Notes under the pieces: generated by a model
The model's input: only the letters and a program-made list of their open reading frames with translations
Database searches by the model: none
What the model was told of the DNA's origin: nothing
Position numbers and translations under genes: made by a program
Part shown: positions 1 through 9,241 of the stretch, in pieces
How positions within the stretch are numbered: position 1 is the first letter of the stretch
How the letters are laid out: the number at the start of each line of letters is the position of its first letter
DNA from: Candidatus Methanoperedens sp.
GTDB lineage: Archaea; Halobacteriota; Methanosarcinia; Methanosarcinales; Methanoperedenaceae
Assembly: GCA_027460605.1 (NCBI GenBank)
Contig: JAPZAN010000207.1
Location: 1 to 39,671 of the forward strand
Length of the DNA: 39,671 nt
Direction: 5' to 3'

Positions 1-1
1 T

Positions 2-160
2 GGTTGTTATTCTCAGGGCGAAACCATCGAAGAAACCATGAAGAATATAAAAGAAGCTATAGAGTCTCACTTAATAGTTTTGAAAGAAGATGAGACGATA
101 CCATCCGAAGAAGACTTCGTAATTGCAAGAGTTAATGTGTCTGAATTTGCAGTCGCTTAA
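2..160 (+). CDS. hicB: HicB-family antitoxin, 3' part (runs off window start)
   Basis: Not in ORF track. Frame from nt 2 reads GCYSQGETIEETMKNIKEAIESHLIVLKEDETIPSEEDFVIARVNVSEFAVA*, matching the HicB motif PGCxSQGETxEEAxxNIKEAI. Confidence 0.8.
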   Translation, partial: GCYSQGETIEETMKNIKEAIESHLIVLKEDETIPSEEDFVIARVNVSEFAVA

Positions 161-431
161 ATTTTTTTGATATGCAATTAGATAATAAATATACTAGAAC
201 ATATCTTTATACTGTGGTGGCGCCGATACGAATCCTGGGCAACCAATAGCGCAAATAACGAACCGATGAAAACAGATAAACACAGATTACATATGCATTA
301 TATTATTATAGTTGAGACGCATCATCTGGAGCCAGTGCAACCCCCCTTCTTAAAAGAACCTCCCACAACTTTTAAATCAATTACTGCTAATTAAAACAAA
401 AGATAAATTATAGGTAATCGATTTGCGAATT

Positions 432-1277
432 ATGGAAACAATGATAGGCAAAAAAGAGTTATCAACATATATCATCGAACCAAGAAAAGGCTGGATTCCC
501 GTTGACTTGAAAGAACTTTTCAGGTTCAGGGAACTTCTCTATTTTCTGGCATGGCGGGATATCAAACTCCGATATAAACAGACCATCCTTGGCGCAGGTT
601 GGGCAATTATCCAGCCATTGTTCACAATGGTGGTATTCACCTTATTCTTCGGTCAGATGGCAAAAATACCCTCGGACGGTATACCTTACCCGATATTTTC
701 ATACTCTGGATTAATACTATGGATATATTTTTCAAATGCTATATCTTTTGCAGGTACGAGCATGGTATCCAGCTCGAACCTCATCTCTAAAGTTTATTTC
801 CCGCGATTGATCGTCCCGACCTCGGCGACGCTTTTCGGCTTAGTCGATTATCTAATGGCTTTTATCGTTATGGGTTTGCTGATGGTCTATTATCAATTTA
901 CTCCGGGAATTACAATTCTAATACTTCCAGTCATCTTATTCATGACATGGATGCTTGCAGCCGGTATAGGTTACTGGCTTTCAGCTCTTAACGTGAAATA
1001 CAGGGATATTGGTTATATCATCCCGTTCTTTATACAGTTATGGCTGTTTGCTACCCCCGTGATCTATCCTTCGAGCATGGTCAGTGGAAAATACGGCTGG
1101 ATTTTATCTTTGAATCCCATGTCAGGGTTAATAGAAGCACACAGACATGCCATATTGGGATATATGGATATCAATTTTATATCTCTTGGCATCTCGATGT
1201 TGTTAATTCTAATGATATTCATTTCAGGGATGTTCTATTTTAAGAGAGTAGAAAGATATTTTGCTGATATTATTTAA
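432..1277 (+). CDS. wzm: ABC-2 type polysaccharide/O-antigen export permease (Wzm)
   Basis: RDIKLRYKQTILGAGWAIIQPL, NLISKVYFPR, YRDIGY and LNPMSGLIE motifs; about 6 TM segments; directly upstream of Wzt. Start moved to first ATG (432). Confidence 0.93.
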   Translation: METMIGKKELSTYIIEPRKGWIPVDLKELFRFRELLYFLAWRDIKLRYKQTILGAGWAIIQPLFTMVVFTLFFGQMAKIPSDGIPYPIFSYSGLILWIYFSNAISFAGTSMVSSSNLISKVYFPRLIVPTSATLFGLVDYLMAFIVMGLLMVYYQFTPGITILILPVILFMTWMLAAGIGYWLSALNVKYRDIGYIIPFFIQLWLFATPVIYPSSMVSGKYGWILSLNPMSGLIEAHRHAILGYMDINFISLGISMLLILMIFISGMFYFKRVERYFADII

Positions 1278-1293
1278 TAAGGAGAGAGAAAAA

Positions 1294-2532
1294 ATGTCCC
1301 ACCCTATGATCAAAGTCGAACACCTGTCCAAGCAATACAAAATCGGCGTGGACAGAACTTACAAAACCCTGCAGGACAGCATAACGGGCGCATTCAAATC
1401 CCCTCTCAACCTCTTCAGGCACAGCAACGACAACAACACCTTCTGGGCGCTCAAGGACGTATCCTTCGAGGTCGAGGAAGGCGAGGTGGTGGGCATCATC
1501 GGCAGGAACGGCGCAGGAAAAAGCACTTTGCTGAAGATCTTATCGCGTATCACCGAACCCACAGAAGGCAGGATCACCATGCACGGGCGCGTGGCAAGCC
1601 TTCTCGAAGTGGGCACGGGCTTTCATCCCGAACTCACGGGGAGGGAGAACGTCTATCTTAACGGCTCAATCCTTGGGATGACAAAGCGCGAGATAGACGC
1701 CAAGTTCGATGAGATTGTGAAGTTCGCGGAGATAGAGAAGTTCCTGGATACGCCTGTGAAGCGCTACTCAAGCGGGATGTACGTGCGGCTGGCGTTCGCT
1801 GTGGCGGCGCATCTTGAGCCTGAGATATTGCTGGTGGATGAGGTGCTGGCTGTGGGGGATGCGGCGTTCCAGAAGAAGTGCCTGGGGAAGATGAAGGATG
1901 TATCGTCGAAGGAGGGGAGGACGGTGCTGTTTGTGAGTCATAACATGGGGGCTATCTCTAATTTATGTCGCACGTGTATATTATTTGAGAAAGGTATTGT
2001 TGTTGAAATTGGGGAAACTGCCCACGTAGTTTCCAAATACATGATGTCAGTTTATGATAATTCTGCCAAGATCAATTTTCCGATACAAAAAGCTAAGCGT
2101 GGACAAATTACTTCCGTATCTCTTATCAATTATCTAGGAAAGAATACTTCGAGTTTTCCCGTAAATGAATCACCAACAATCGAAATTAGTTATGTACTTC
2201 GAGAAAATATTAGTGGACTACATGTGGCGTGTATCATAAGTTCTAGCGAAGGAAATACTCTTTTTGCTACTGCAGACACAGATACGAATCCTGAGCTATT
2301 TGGCGTCCGTTTAGCAGGTACCTATACAACCCGAGTGAAATTGCCTGAGGGTTTATTGAATGTAGGGACGTACAATGTTGCAATAGGTCTTGGTATTCCG
2401 AGTATAGAATCTCTCGATCGGCAAGATGCTGTTAGTTTTACACTTGCTGATACAGGAGATTTTGGTAGTATGAAGGAAGGCAGACGTCGCTCAGGCTTAA
2501 TATTGTTGAAGTTACAATGGGAGTATTCTTGA
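1294..2532 (+). CDS. wzt: Polysaccharide export ABC ATPase (Wzt) with C-terminal carbohydrate-binding domain
   Basis: Walker A GRNGAGKST, signature YSSGMYVRLAF, Walker B LLVDE, H-loop VSHN, plus ~150-aa C-terminal extension. ATG at 1294. Confidence 0.93.
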   Translation: MSHPMIKVEHLSKQYKIGVDRTYKTLQDSITGAFKSPLNLFRHSNDNNTFWALKDVSFEVEEGEVVGIIGRNGAGKSTLLKILSRITEPTEGRITMHGRVASLLEVGTGFHPELTGRENVYLNGSILGMTKREIDAKFDEIVKFAEIEKFLDTPVKRYSSGMYVRLAFAVAAHLEPEILLVDEVLAVGDAAFQKKCLGKMKDVSSKEGRTVLFVSHNMGAISNLCRTCILFEKGIVVEIGETAHVVSKYMMSVYDNSAKINFPIQKAKRGQITSVSLINYLGKNTSSFPVNESPTIEISYVLRENISGLHVACIISSSEGNTLFATADTDTNPELFGVRLAGTYTTRVKLPEGLLNVGTYNVAIGLGIPSIESLDRQDAVSFTLADTGDFGSMKEGRRRSGLILLKLQWEYS

Positions 2533-3284
2533 TGTTTCAAACCAAACCAGTCCAGCATATTCTGACTTCTTTCCGAGCGCCAATTAAAAGAATCCGTCTA
2601 GCTGCTAGTATCCTCTTGAATGGGAATCTACCCAAACAAGCATTTTTCGATACTAATGCCCATCCAGCTTATTTCTCAGAACCGTTTCCATCAAATCGCT
2701 GTATGCTAACTAATGCTTGTGAAGTATCTAGTTTTTATGATATTGCTCGGAAACATCTGCAAGATAAGGGAGTACTATCAGGGCGAATGGCTGAAATTGG
2801 TGGATCGATTTCTGGCAATGCTAAAAGTATATTTTCAAATTTTGAATATATTAATATTGATTTAGAGAACAACGACAACGTTCCAACTTTATGTCTTGAT
2901 ATTTGCGATCAAAGCCATGAATTAGAACCTAACCAGTTTGATTTCATCTTAAGCCAATGGGTTTTTGAACATTTGACTGAGCCGTGGACTGCTGCAAAAC
3001 AAATTATTCGACTTTTGAAACCAGGAGGAATAGTAATGAACGTTACAGTGTTTGCATGGCGATACCATCCAGTTCCAATAGACTACTGGCGTTTTTCACC
3101 TGAAGCTCTAGTCTATCTTTTCAAGGACTTAGTCAACCTTGAAGCGGGTTTTGTCAGCACATTTAGACGATCAAATGACCGAGGAGCATATCCCAATCTA
3201 TCCGACGCGGTACCTCTTGATGAATATGGTGGCTGGTTGGAAAGTTGGGCTGTCTATCATGTTGCATACAAGGAGCCAAAATGA
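2532..3284 (+). CDS. Class I SAM-dependent methyltransferase
   Basis: MAEIGG motif I, FDFILSQWVFEHL, RLLKPGG, YHPVPIDYWRFS. TGATG overlap with the wzt stop fixes the start at 2532. Confidence 0.85.
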   Translation: MFQTKPVQHILTSFRAPIKRIRLAASILLNGNLPKQAFFDTNAHPAYFSEPFPSNRCMLTNACEVSSFYDIARKHLQDKGVLSGRMAEIGGSISGNAKSIFSNFEYINIDLENNDNVPTLCLDICDQSHELEPNQFDFILSQWVFEHLTEPWTAAKQIIRLLKPGGIVMNVTVFAWRYHPVPIDYWRFSPEALVYLFKDLVNLEAGFVSTFRRSNDRGAYPNLSDAVPLDEYGGWLESWAVYHVAYKEPK

Positions 3285-4225
3285 AACTGATGAGTCCTTG
3301 CATTGTGTGTGGTAGTAGCCAAGCTAAGCTAATTGGTTCTAATCCCGACTTTCAAAAACTCCAAATAGCTAAATGCATTGGTTGTGGGATTGTGTTCACA
3401 ACCCCCTGTCCTGATACTGAATATTTGTCTTCTATTTATAGTAAAAAATATCGTGAGATAAGAAACGAAACTCCATCTCAAATGTACTTGGATAATATGA
3501 AACAACGCGCGGAATCTCAACGAGTATTTATCTTAAGTCAATTCGATTTGAATTTCAGGAATCCCTACATTCTAGACATTGGTTTTGGACCTGGAATATT
3601 GCTCGGAATGTTCGCTAATCAATCAAATAACCTCTTTGGGTTTGAGCCTGACAAGGTAATGTACACACTGGCCAAAGAAAGGATTGGGTCAAATGCATGT
3701 CTGTATAACCAAATGTTTGATTCAAAATCAATAAAAAAATACAAATTTGATCTGATAATGGCTTCACATATCTTAGAGCATATCCCCGATCCCGTTCGGT
3801 TTTTGACCGACTTGCTTTCTTTGCTGACAGAAAAAGGCTTAATTTTTCTTGAAGTGCCAAACGATTCGCTCAAATCAGTTTATGAGCTAACAAAATATGA
3901 TGTTAAGGGTTTCATGCATCTTTGGTTCTTCCAGTTGGAATCTTTGATTAATGTTATCAACAAAGCAGGGGGCCAGGTGGTAAGGTTAACTACATATGGC
4001 CCAAGTACCAAGACATTTTCTTATGTTCACTTAAGTCAACGAGGTTGGCATGGGAGAATTTCGTGGTTTATGGATCGTTCTCTCTTCAAGCTATCAGGTG
4101 GAAGAATAGGGCTGCAGAGCATATTACAGACCCAAGTAGATTGGAAAGATGCAATGAGCATGGAAAATGGAACTGAAGGAATTTGGATACGCGTACTCAT
4201 TGTAAGAGGACATTCATGTCGATAA
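3281..4225 (+). CDS. Class I SAM-dependent methyltransferase with N-terminal CxxC...CxxC zinc motif
   Basis: CIVCG...CIGCG, ILDIGFGPG, FDLIMASHILEHIPDP, LEVPN. ATGA overlap with the previous gene. Confidence 0.85.
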   Translation: MKLMSPCIVCGSSQAKLIGSNPDFQKLQIAKCIGCGIVFTTPCPDTEYLSSIYSKKYREIRNETPSQMYLDNMKQRAESQRVFILSQFDLNFRNPYILDIGFGPGILLGMFANQSNNLFGFEPDKVMYTLAKERIGSNACLYNQMFDSKSIKKYKFDLIMASHILEHIPDPVRFLTDLLSLLTEKGLIFLEVPNDSLKSVYELTKYDVKGFMHLWFFQLESLINVINKAGGQVVRLTTYGPSTKTFSYVHLSQRGWHGRISWFMDRSLFKLSGGRIGLQSILQTQVDWKDAMSMENGTEGIWIRVLIVRGHSCR

Positions 4226-4340
4226 ATATCATAGCCTTACTTATATCTACAGGTTCTGAAAAGAGCCTGCACAAGAATGTATGCTTCTTGGCCAGTATGT
4301 TACATTATCGATACGCTAATTCGTATAAAAGGGTGATAAA

Positions 4341-5219
4341 ATGGCAATAACAAATGTTAAAATCATCGCCGAAATCGGCTGCAACCATAAAGGCGACATG
4401 CAAATAGCACACGAAATGATCAAAATCGCAGCGCAATTCTGCCATGTTGACATAGTAAAATTCCAGAAGAGAAATCCAAAAGAATTGCTCACACCCGAAG
4501 AATATAATGCCCCTCATCCGGAGCCATATCATTCCTATGGAAAGACGTATGGTGAACACAGGGAATTTCTTGAATTCAACTGCGAACAGCATAGGCAGCT
4601 TAAGAAATGGTGTGAAGAATGGAGCGTTGTTTATTCGAGTTCTGTGTGGGATATGACTTCAGCAAAGGAGATTGCATCGCTTGAACCTGAAATGATAAAA
4701 ATACCTTCTGCATGTAATCTCAATTTTGATATGCTCGATTTCCTATGCAGGGAGTATGAAGGAGAGATTCATTTATCACTTGGAATGACCACTCATGCTG
4801 AAGAAGAAAAAATCGTAAAATTTTTTGAAGAACGTAATCGAGTTAAAGATATAGTATTATATAGCTGCACTTCAGGTTATCCTGTGCCTTTTGAAGATAT
4901 TTGCCTTAAGGAAATTTTAAGGTTGAAAAATAAATTTGAAAATAAGGTAAAAGCTATTGGCTTTTCAGGTCACCATCTCGGTATTGCAACAGATGTAGCT
5001 GCGCTTGCATATGGAACGCAATACTTCGAGCGACATTTTACATTAGATAGAACATGGAAAGGAACAGACCATGCAGCCAGCCTGGAACCTGATGGGATGC
5101 GCAGGCTTGCACGGGATTTAAGGAATGTTTCAAAAGCTTTGACTTATAAAAAGAAAGAAATTCTGGATTTAGAGGAAGCTCAACGAAAAAAGTTAAAGAG
5201 AATCTGTAATCATGGATAA
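4341..5219 (+). CDS. neuB: NeuB-family nonulosonic acid (9-phosphate) synthase, lacking C-terminal SAF/AFP domain
   Basis: IIAEIGCNHKG, VKFQKR, KIPSA, CTSGYP, GFSGH, ERHFTLDR and DHAASLEP motifs; GGTGA ribosome-binding site upstream; only 292 aa. Confidence 0.9.
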   Translation: MAITNVKIIAEIGCNHKGDMQIAHEMIKIAAQFCHVDIVKFQKRNPKELLTPEEYNAPHPEPYHSYGKTYGEHREFLEFNCEQHRQLKKWCEEWSVVYSSSVWDMTSAKEIASLEPEMIKIPSACNLNFDMLDFLCREYEGEIHLSLGMTTHAEEEKIVKFFEERNRVKDIVLYSCTSGYPVPFEDICLKEILRLKNKFENKVKAIGFSGHHLGIATDVAALAYGTQYFERHFTLDRTWKGTDHAASLEPDGMRRLARDLRNVSKALTYKKKEILDLEEAQRKKLKRICNHG

Positions 5220-6381
5220 TAAGTACGTTGCTCTAATACCTGCACGTGGTGGCAGTAAAAGCATACCTTTGAAAAATATAAAGCATATTGCAGGCAAGCC
5301 GTTGATTTTCTGGACAATCGAAGCTGCCCTTAATTGCAGTAAAATAGACAGGGTATATCTTTCAACAGATTCTGATGAGATAAAGAACGTAGCTAAGAAG
5401 ATTGAAAATGTGAGGTTTGAAGTAATAGGAAGAAGTCCTGGAACGGCAATCGATACGGCAAGTACAGAGTCGGTCGTTCTTGAATTTTCAAGAAAATACG
5501 ATTTTGAAAATATTATTCTTATACAGGCGACTTCCCCGTTGCTGAAATCCGATGACCTGACACAAGGTATTGAAATTTACGAGCAGAAGAAAGCAGATTC
5601 GCTTTTATCAGTGGTAGAGCAGAAAAGGTTTATCTGGCGTGAACTTACCAATGGATTTGTGACAGCCTTGAATTACAATCCTACGCAAAGACCAAGACGA
5701 CAGGACTTTAAGGGATACTTTGTAGAAAACGGCGCATTTTACATAACATCAAAACATAATTTAGAGATGACAAAATGCAGAATCTCTGGAAATATAGCTT
5801 ATTACAAAATGCCTGAGGAGACTTATTACGAACTCGATGAACCTTCTGATTGGACAATTATTGAAAAATTATTGACCGAACGACAAAAGCCGGGGCATAG
5901 TTTGAAAGAACAGCTTGAAAAGATCAAGCTTCTCATGCTGGATGTAGATGGCGTTATGACCGATGGTGGTATGTATTATTCTGAAAGTGGAGAAGAGCTT
6001 AAAAAATTCAATACACGAGATGGGATGGGAATACAATTGTTAAGAGAACGTGGTATTAAGGTAGCTTTTGTTACGAAAGAAAATACAAAAATCGTAGAGA
6101 GGAGAGCCAAGAAGCTTAACGTTGATGAACTATTTCAGGGGGTTGAAAACAAATTGACTGTGCTTGAAGAATTAAAAGATAAATATGGATTAGTTTATTC
6201 TGAAATAGCTTATATAGGGGATGATGTCAATGATATACCCGTTCTAAAAATGGTAGGAGTTTCCTTTTGTCCAAATAATGCGGTTGATGATGTGAAGAAA
6301 ATATGCATTTTTATTTCAGAAAAGGAAGGGGGTAAAGGGGTAGTGAGAGAATTTTATGACTTATGGAGGAGAAAACTATAA
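5212..6381 (+). CDS. neuA: CMP-nonulosonate synthetase (NeuA) fused to KdsC/YrbI-type HAD phosphatase
   Basis: N-terminal IPARGGSKSIPLKN, QATSP, ENGAFY; C-terminal LDVDGVMTDG, KKFNTRDG, YIGDDVND. Confidence 0.9.
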   Translation: MDNKYVALIPARGGSKSIPLKNIKHIAGKPLIFWTIEAALNCSKIDRVYLSTDSDEIKNVAKKIENVRFEVIGRSPGTAIDTASTESVVLEFSRKYDFENIILIQATSPLLKSDDLTQGIEIYEQKKADSLLSVVEQKRFIWRELTNGFVTALNYNPTQRPRRQDFKGYFVENGAFYITSKHNLEMTKCRISGNIAYYKMPEETYYELDEPSDWTIIEKLLTERQKPGHSLKEQLEKIKLLMLDVDGVMTDGGMYYSESGEELKKFNTRDGMGIQLLRERGIKVAFVTKENTKIVERRAKKLNVDELFQGVENKLTVLEELKDKYGLVYSEIAYIGDDVNDIPVLKMVGVSFCPNNAVDDVKKICIFISEKEGGKGVVREFYDLWRRKL

Positions 6382-7244
6382 CTCTCAAACGAACTATTAT
6401 CGATTTTCTTAAGTATTGGTTATTACCGAAAGGTTTTCAAGATATTTTGATTTCTTTGTTTTATCGCAGTAGTCATTTAAACAAAAATTATTCATTTTTA
6501 TTAGATAATAAAAAAATAGAAAATATCCAAAATGGTGAGAGATGTTTTATTATTGGGAATGGTCCCTCGTTAGCTAATCAGGATTTAGATAAATTAAAAA
6601 ATGAATATACTTTTGCTGTAAGTCATTTTTTCATGACTGAAAAATTTAGTGATATAAACCCATTTGGGTATGTTGTTGCAGACCCAGCACTTTTTGAAGA
6701 ATCTACTTTTGCAATTGACTGGTTAACCAAATTAAATTCAAAATGTACTGATCAGATGTTATTTTTTCCTATTTCTGCAAGAAAAACAATAAAAAAATAT
6801 AAATTATTCCAAGATAAAAACATCTATTACTTAGATATGTCAGGTCAATTTAATGAAGATCTAACAAAATTTGATATTGATTTAACAGGCATCGTTCCAG
6901 GTGCCCAAACAGTAATAATAATGACAATTATGGTTGCAGCATACATTGGATTTGAAAAAATATATCTGATTGGATGTGATTCTGACTGGGCAAAATATCC
7001 TTTTGCAAAAGGATATTTACCTCATTTTTATAATGATAAAAATGTAAGATCAAAACCAGAAATATGTCCCAGACAGAATTGGAAATATGAAGATGTTTTA
7101 AATGCTGCATTAATAATATTTAAAAGTTATCGCTTATTGAATGAAAAACTTAAACAACAAGGTATTAAAGTTTACAATGCTACAGATGGTGGTTTTTTGG
7201 ATGTTTTTGAAAGAGTGGATTATGCAAAAATCTTCGAAAAATGA
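6363..7244 (+). CDS. DUF115/Maf-like protein, candidate nonulosonate transferase (GT42-like)
   Basis: CFIIGNGPSL and GFEKIYLIGCD motifs, C-terminal VYNATDGGFLDVFERV; follows neuB-neuA. Confidence 0.7.
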   Translation: MEEKTITLKRTIIDFLKYWLLPKGFQDILISLFYRSSHLNKNYSFLLDNKKIENIQNGERCFIIGNGPSLANQDLDKLKNEYTFAVSHFFMTEKFSDINPFGYVVADPALFEESTFAIDWLTKLNSKCTDQMLFFPISARKTIKKYKLFQDKNIYYLDMSGQFNEDLTKFDIDLTGIVPGAQTVIIMTIMVAAYIGFEKIYLIGCDSDWAKYPFAKGYLPHFYNDKNVRSKPEICPRQNWKYEDVLNAALIIFKSYRLLNEKLKQQGIKVYNATDGGFLDVFERVDYAKIFEK

Positions 7245-7255
7245 ATTAGAAGAAA

Positions 7256-7987
7256 ATGTATATTTTGCAGGCTAGGTGTTGTTTTTTGCAATTCATAATT
7301 AAATATATGGGCAAATTTTTTTATAAAATATATAAAATATTTGTTCAATCCCACCATAATGAGCTTATTTATAAATTGAAACTGCGCTATCCGAATTCCA
7401 TAATATTACCAAATGTTTCAATAACTCCCGATTGCATATTAGGAAATCATACTGTAATTCATTCAAACGTTTCCTTGTCCAATGTAATTATTGGAGATTA
7501 TTCTTATATCCTTTCAAGTATTAACAATACCACAATTGGAAAATTTTGTTCGATAGCGTCTGGCTGTGCGATTGGGATCGGTAAGCATCCATCTAAAGAT
7601 TTTGTTTCCACTTTCCCTGCATTTTTTTCAAAAAATAATTCTGGCTGCTTAATTTCATTTGCAACCGAAGATTCATTTAATGAATTTGAACGGATTGAAA
7701 TAGGCAATGATGTTTGGATAGGTATGAACTCAATCATATTGGACGGGGTTAGAATTGGTGATGGAGCCATAATCGGAGCGGGTTCTGTTGTAACTAAAGA
7801 TGTTGATGATTATGCAATTGTGGGAGGAGTTCCGGCAAAATTAATAAGATATCGATTTACAAAAGAGCAAATAGAGTTTTTGAAAAAATTCAAATGGTGG
7901 GATAAAGATATTGAGTGGATTAAAAAAAATTGGAAATCATTTCAAAATATTGATGATTTTTTAAAAAATGTTGTTGAAAACTTATGA
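7256..7987 (+). CDS. CatB/Vat-related hexapeptide O-acetyltransferase
   Basis: [49 protein letters not shown]. Alternative start at ATG 7307. Confidence 0.85.
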   Translation: MYILQARCCFLQFIIKYMGKFFYKIYKIFVQSHHNELIYKLKLRYPNSIILPNVSITPDCILGNHTVIHSNVSLSNVIIGDYSYILSSINNTTIGKFCSIASGCAIGIGKHPSKDFVSTFPAFFSKNNSGCLISFATEDSFNEFERIEIGNDVWIGMNSIILDGVRIGDGAIIGAGSVVTKDVDDYAIVGGVPAKLIRYRFTKEQIEFLKKFKWWDKDIEWIKKNWKSFQNIDDFLKNVVENL

Positions 7988-8288
7988 AACTGAATTTCTT
8001 TGTCATGTCAGTCATTACTGTGAAGCCATCGCATGTTGCAGCAACATCACTATGCGGCATTCCCAAACAAATACAGGACGGCGCAACCGGGTTTCTCACG
8101 CCGCCGGGGGGTATACTGCGGCGATGGCGGCGCGGGTTGTGGAGCTTCTGGAGAATGAGGTGTTGAGGCAGAGTTTGAGGGCGAGGGCTGCGGAAGATGC
8201 GAGGAGGAGGTTTGATATTGAGAGGATGGTGGATGAGTATCTGGGGTAGTTCGAAGAAATCTATATGATAACAGTAAATGAGTTGTAG
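7984..8288 (+). pseudogene. C-terminal relic of a GT4 glycosyltransferase
   Basis: ATSLCGIPKQIQDGATGFLTPPG in one frame, frameshift at the G6 run (8106-8111), then TAAMAARVVELLENEVLRQSLRARAAEDARRRFDIERMVDEYLG*FEEI with in-frame TAG at 8247-8249. Confidence 0.8.
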
Positions 8289-8357
8289 AAAAGATTAATT
8301 ATTCTTTAAAATAATAAACGGATATAATGAGCAATATAAATTATTTTAGGTTTTATA

Positions 8358-9122
8358 ATGAATCAAAAAGTCTCAGTAATAACTGTCTGCTATAATGCCG
8401 AGGAATTTATCGAGCAGGCAATAAATAGCGTATTGGATCAAACTTATGAAAATATTGAATATTTAATCATCGATGGAAATTCTAGTGATAATACCGTATC
8501 AATAATAAATAAATATAAAGATAAAATACATTATTTTTTAAGTGAACCTGATAAAGGTATTTACGAGGCAATGAACAAGGGAATAAAAGCTGCATCAGGA
8601 GATATATTATATTTTTTAAATTCTGATGATATATTTTATGATAAATATGTTGTAGAAAATATAGTTAAAATGTTTAAGCTAAATGATGAAATCGAACTTC
8701 TTTACGGCCCAATACTTATAAAGGATTCTTTCACGAATGAATCATTTGTTAAAACTCATGAAAATATATCCAAATCGTTCTTCATATATGATACAATATG
8801 CCATCAAGGGATATTTTTTAAGGCAGATACTTTTAAAAAATGTGGTCTTTTCGATGATACCTATAAAATAGTTGGTGATTATGAATGGCTATTAAGAGCA
8901 TTTTACAAATATGATATTAAAAGAAAATACTATAGAAGTGTGATAGCAATATTCAGATTCGGTGGCATGAGTTGTTCGAAAGAATTTTCAGAACTTCATG
9001 CAAAAGAGTGGCGACGAGCTTTCAACAAATATTTTAATAAATTTGAATTTTATAAATACATGTTTATTTTACTGATAAAGAAAATTTTAATAAGACCAAA
9101 GAGAATTTTGAATTACCAATAA
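8358..9122 (+). CDS. GT2 glycosyltransferase (WcaE/WfgS-like)
   Basis: VSVITVCYN, IIDGNSSD, SEPDKGIYEAMNKG, FLNSDD, CHQG. Confidence 0.9.
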   Translation: MNQKVSVITVCYNAEEFIEQAINSVLDQTYENIEYLIIDGNSSDNTVSIINKYKDKIHYFLSEPDKGIYEAMNKGIKAASGDILYFLNSDDIFYDKYVVENIVKMFKLNDEIELLYGPILIKDSFTNESFVKTHENISKSFFIYDTICHQGIFFKADTFKKCGLFDDTYKIVGDYEWLLRAFYKYDIKRKYYRSVIAIFRFGGMSCSKEFSELHAKEWRRAFNKYFNKFEFYKYMFILLIKKILIRPKRILNYQ

Positions 9123-9241
9123 AATATATAATAGATAATTTTGCATATTCACAATCGGCATATGAAAATTCCAGAAATTCAAAAAATAGTGTTGTTAGCA
9201 GGCGAACATCTTCATGAAATAACTTCTGAGTATATTAAGAA

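Noticed and set aside
214-245. tRNA 3'-end fragment or att site (cgaatcc...acca)
   Set aside because: No T-arm stem pairing and no match to the tRNA-Arg in this window.
7256-7987. Antibiotic resistance gene (catB/vat)
   Set aside because: Same fold, but its position inside a glycan cluster favours sugar O-acetylation.
8247-8249. Pyrrolysine readthrough at TAG
   Set aside because: Lies in an already truncated, frameshifted relic; a TGG-to-TAG mutation is simpler, and no pyl genes are in the window.
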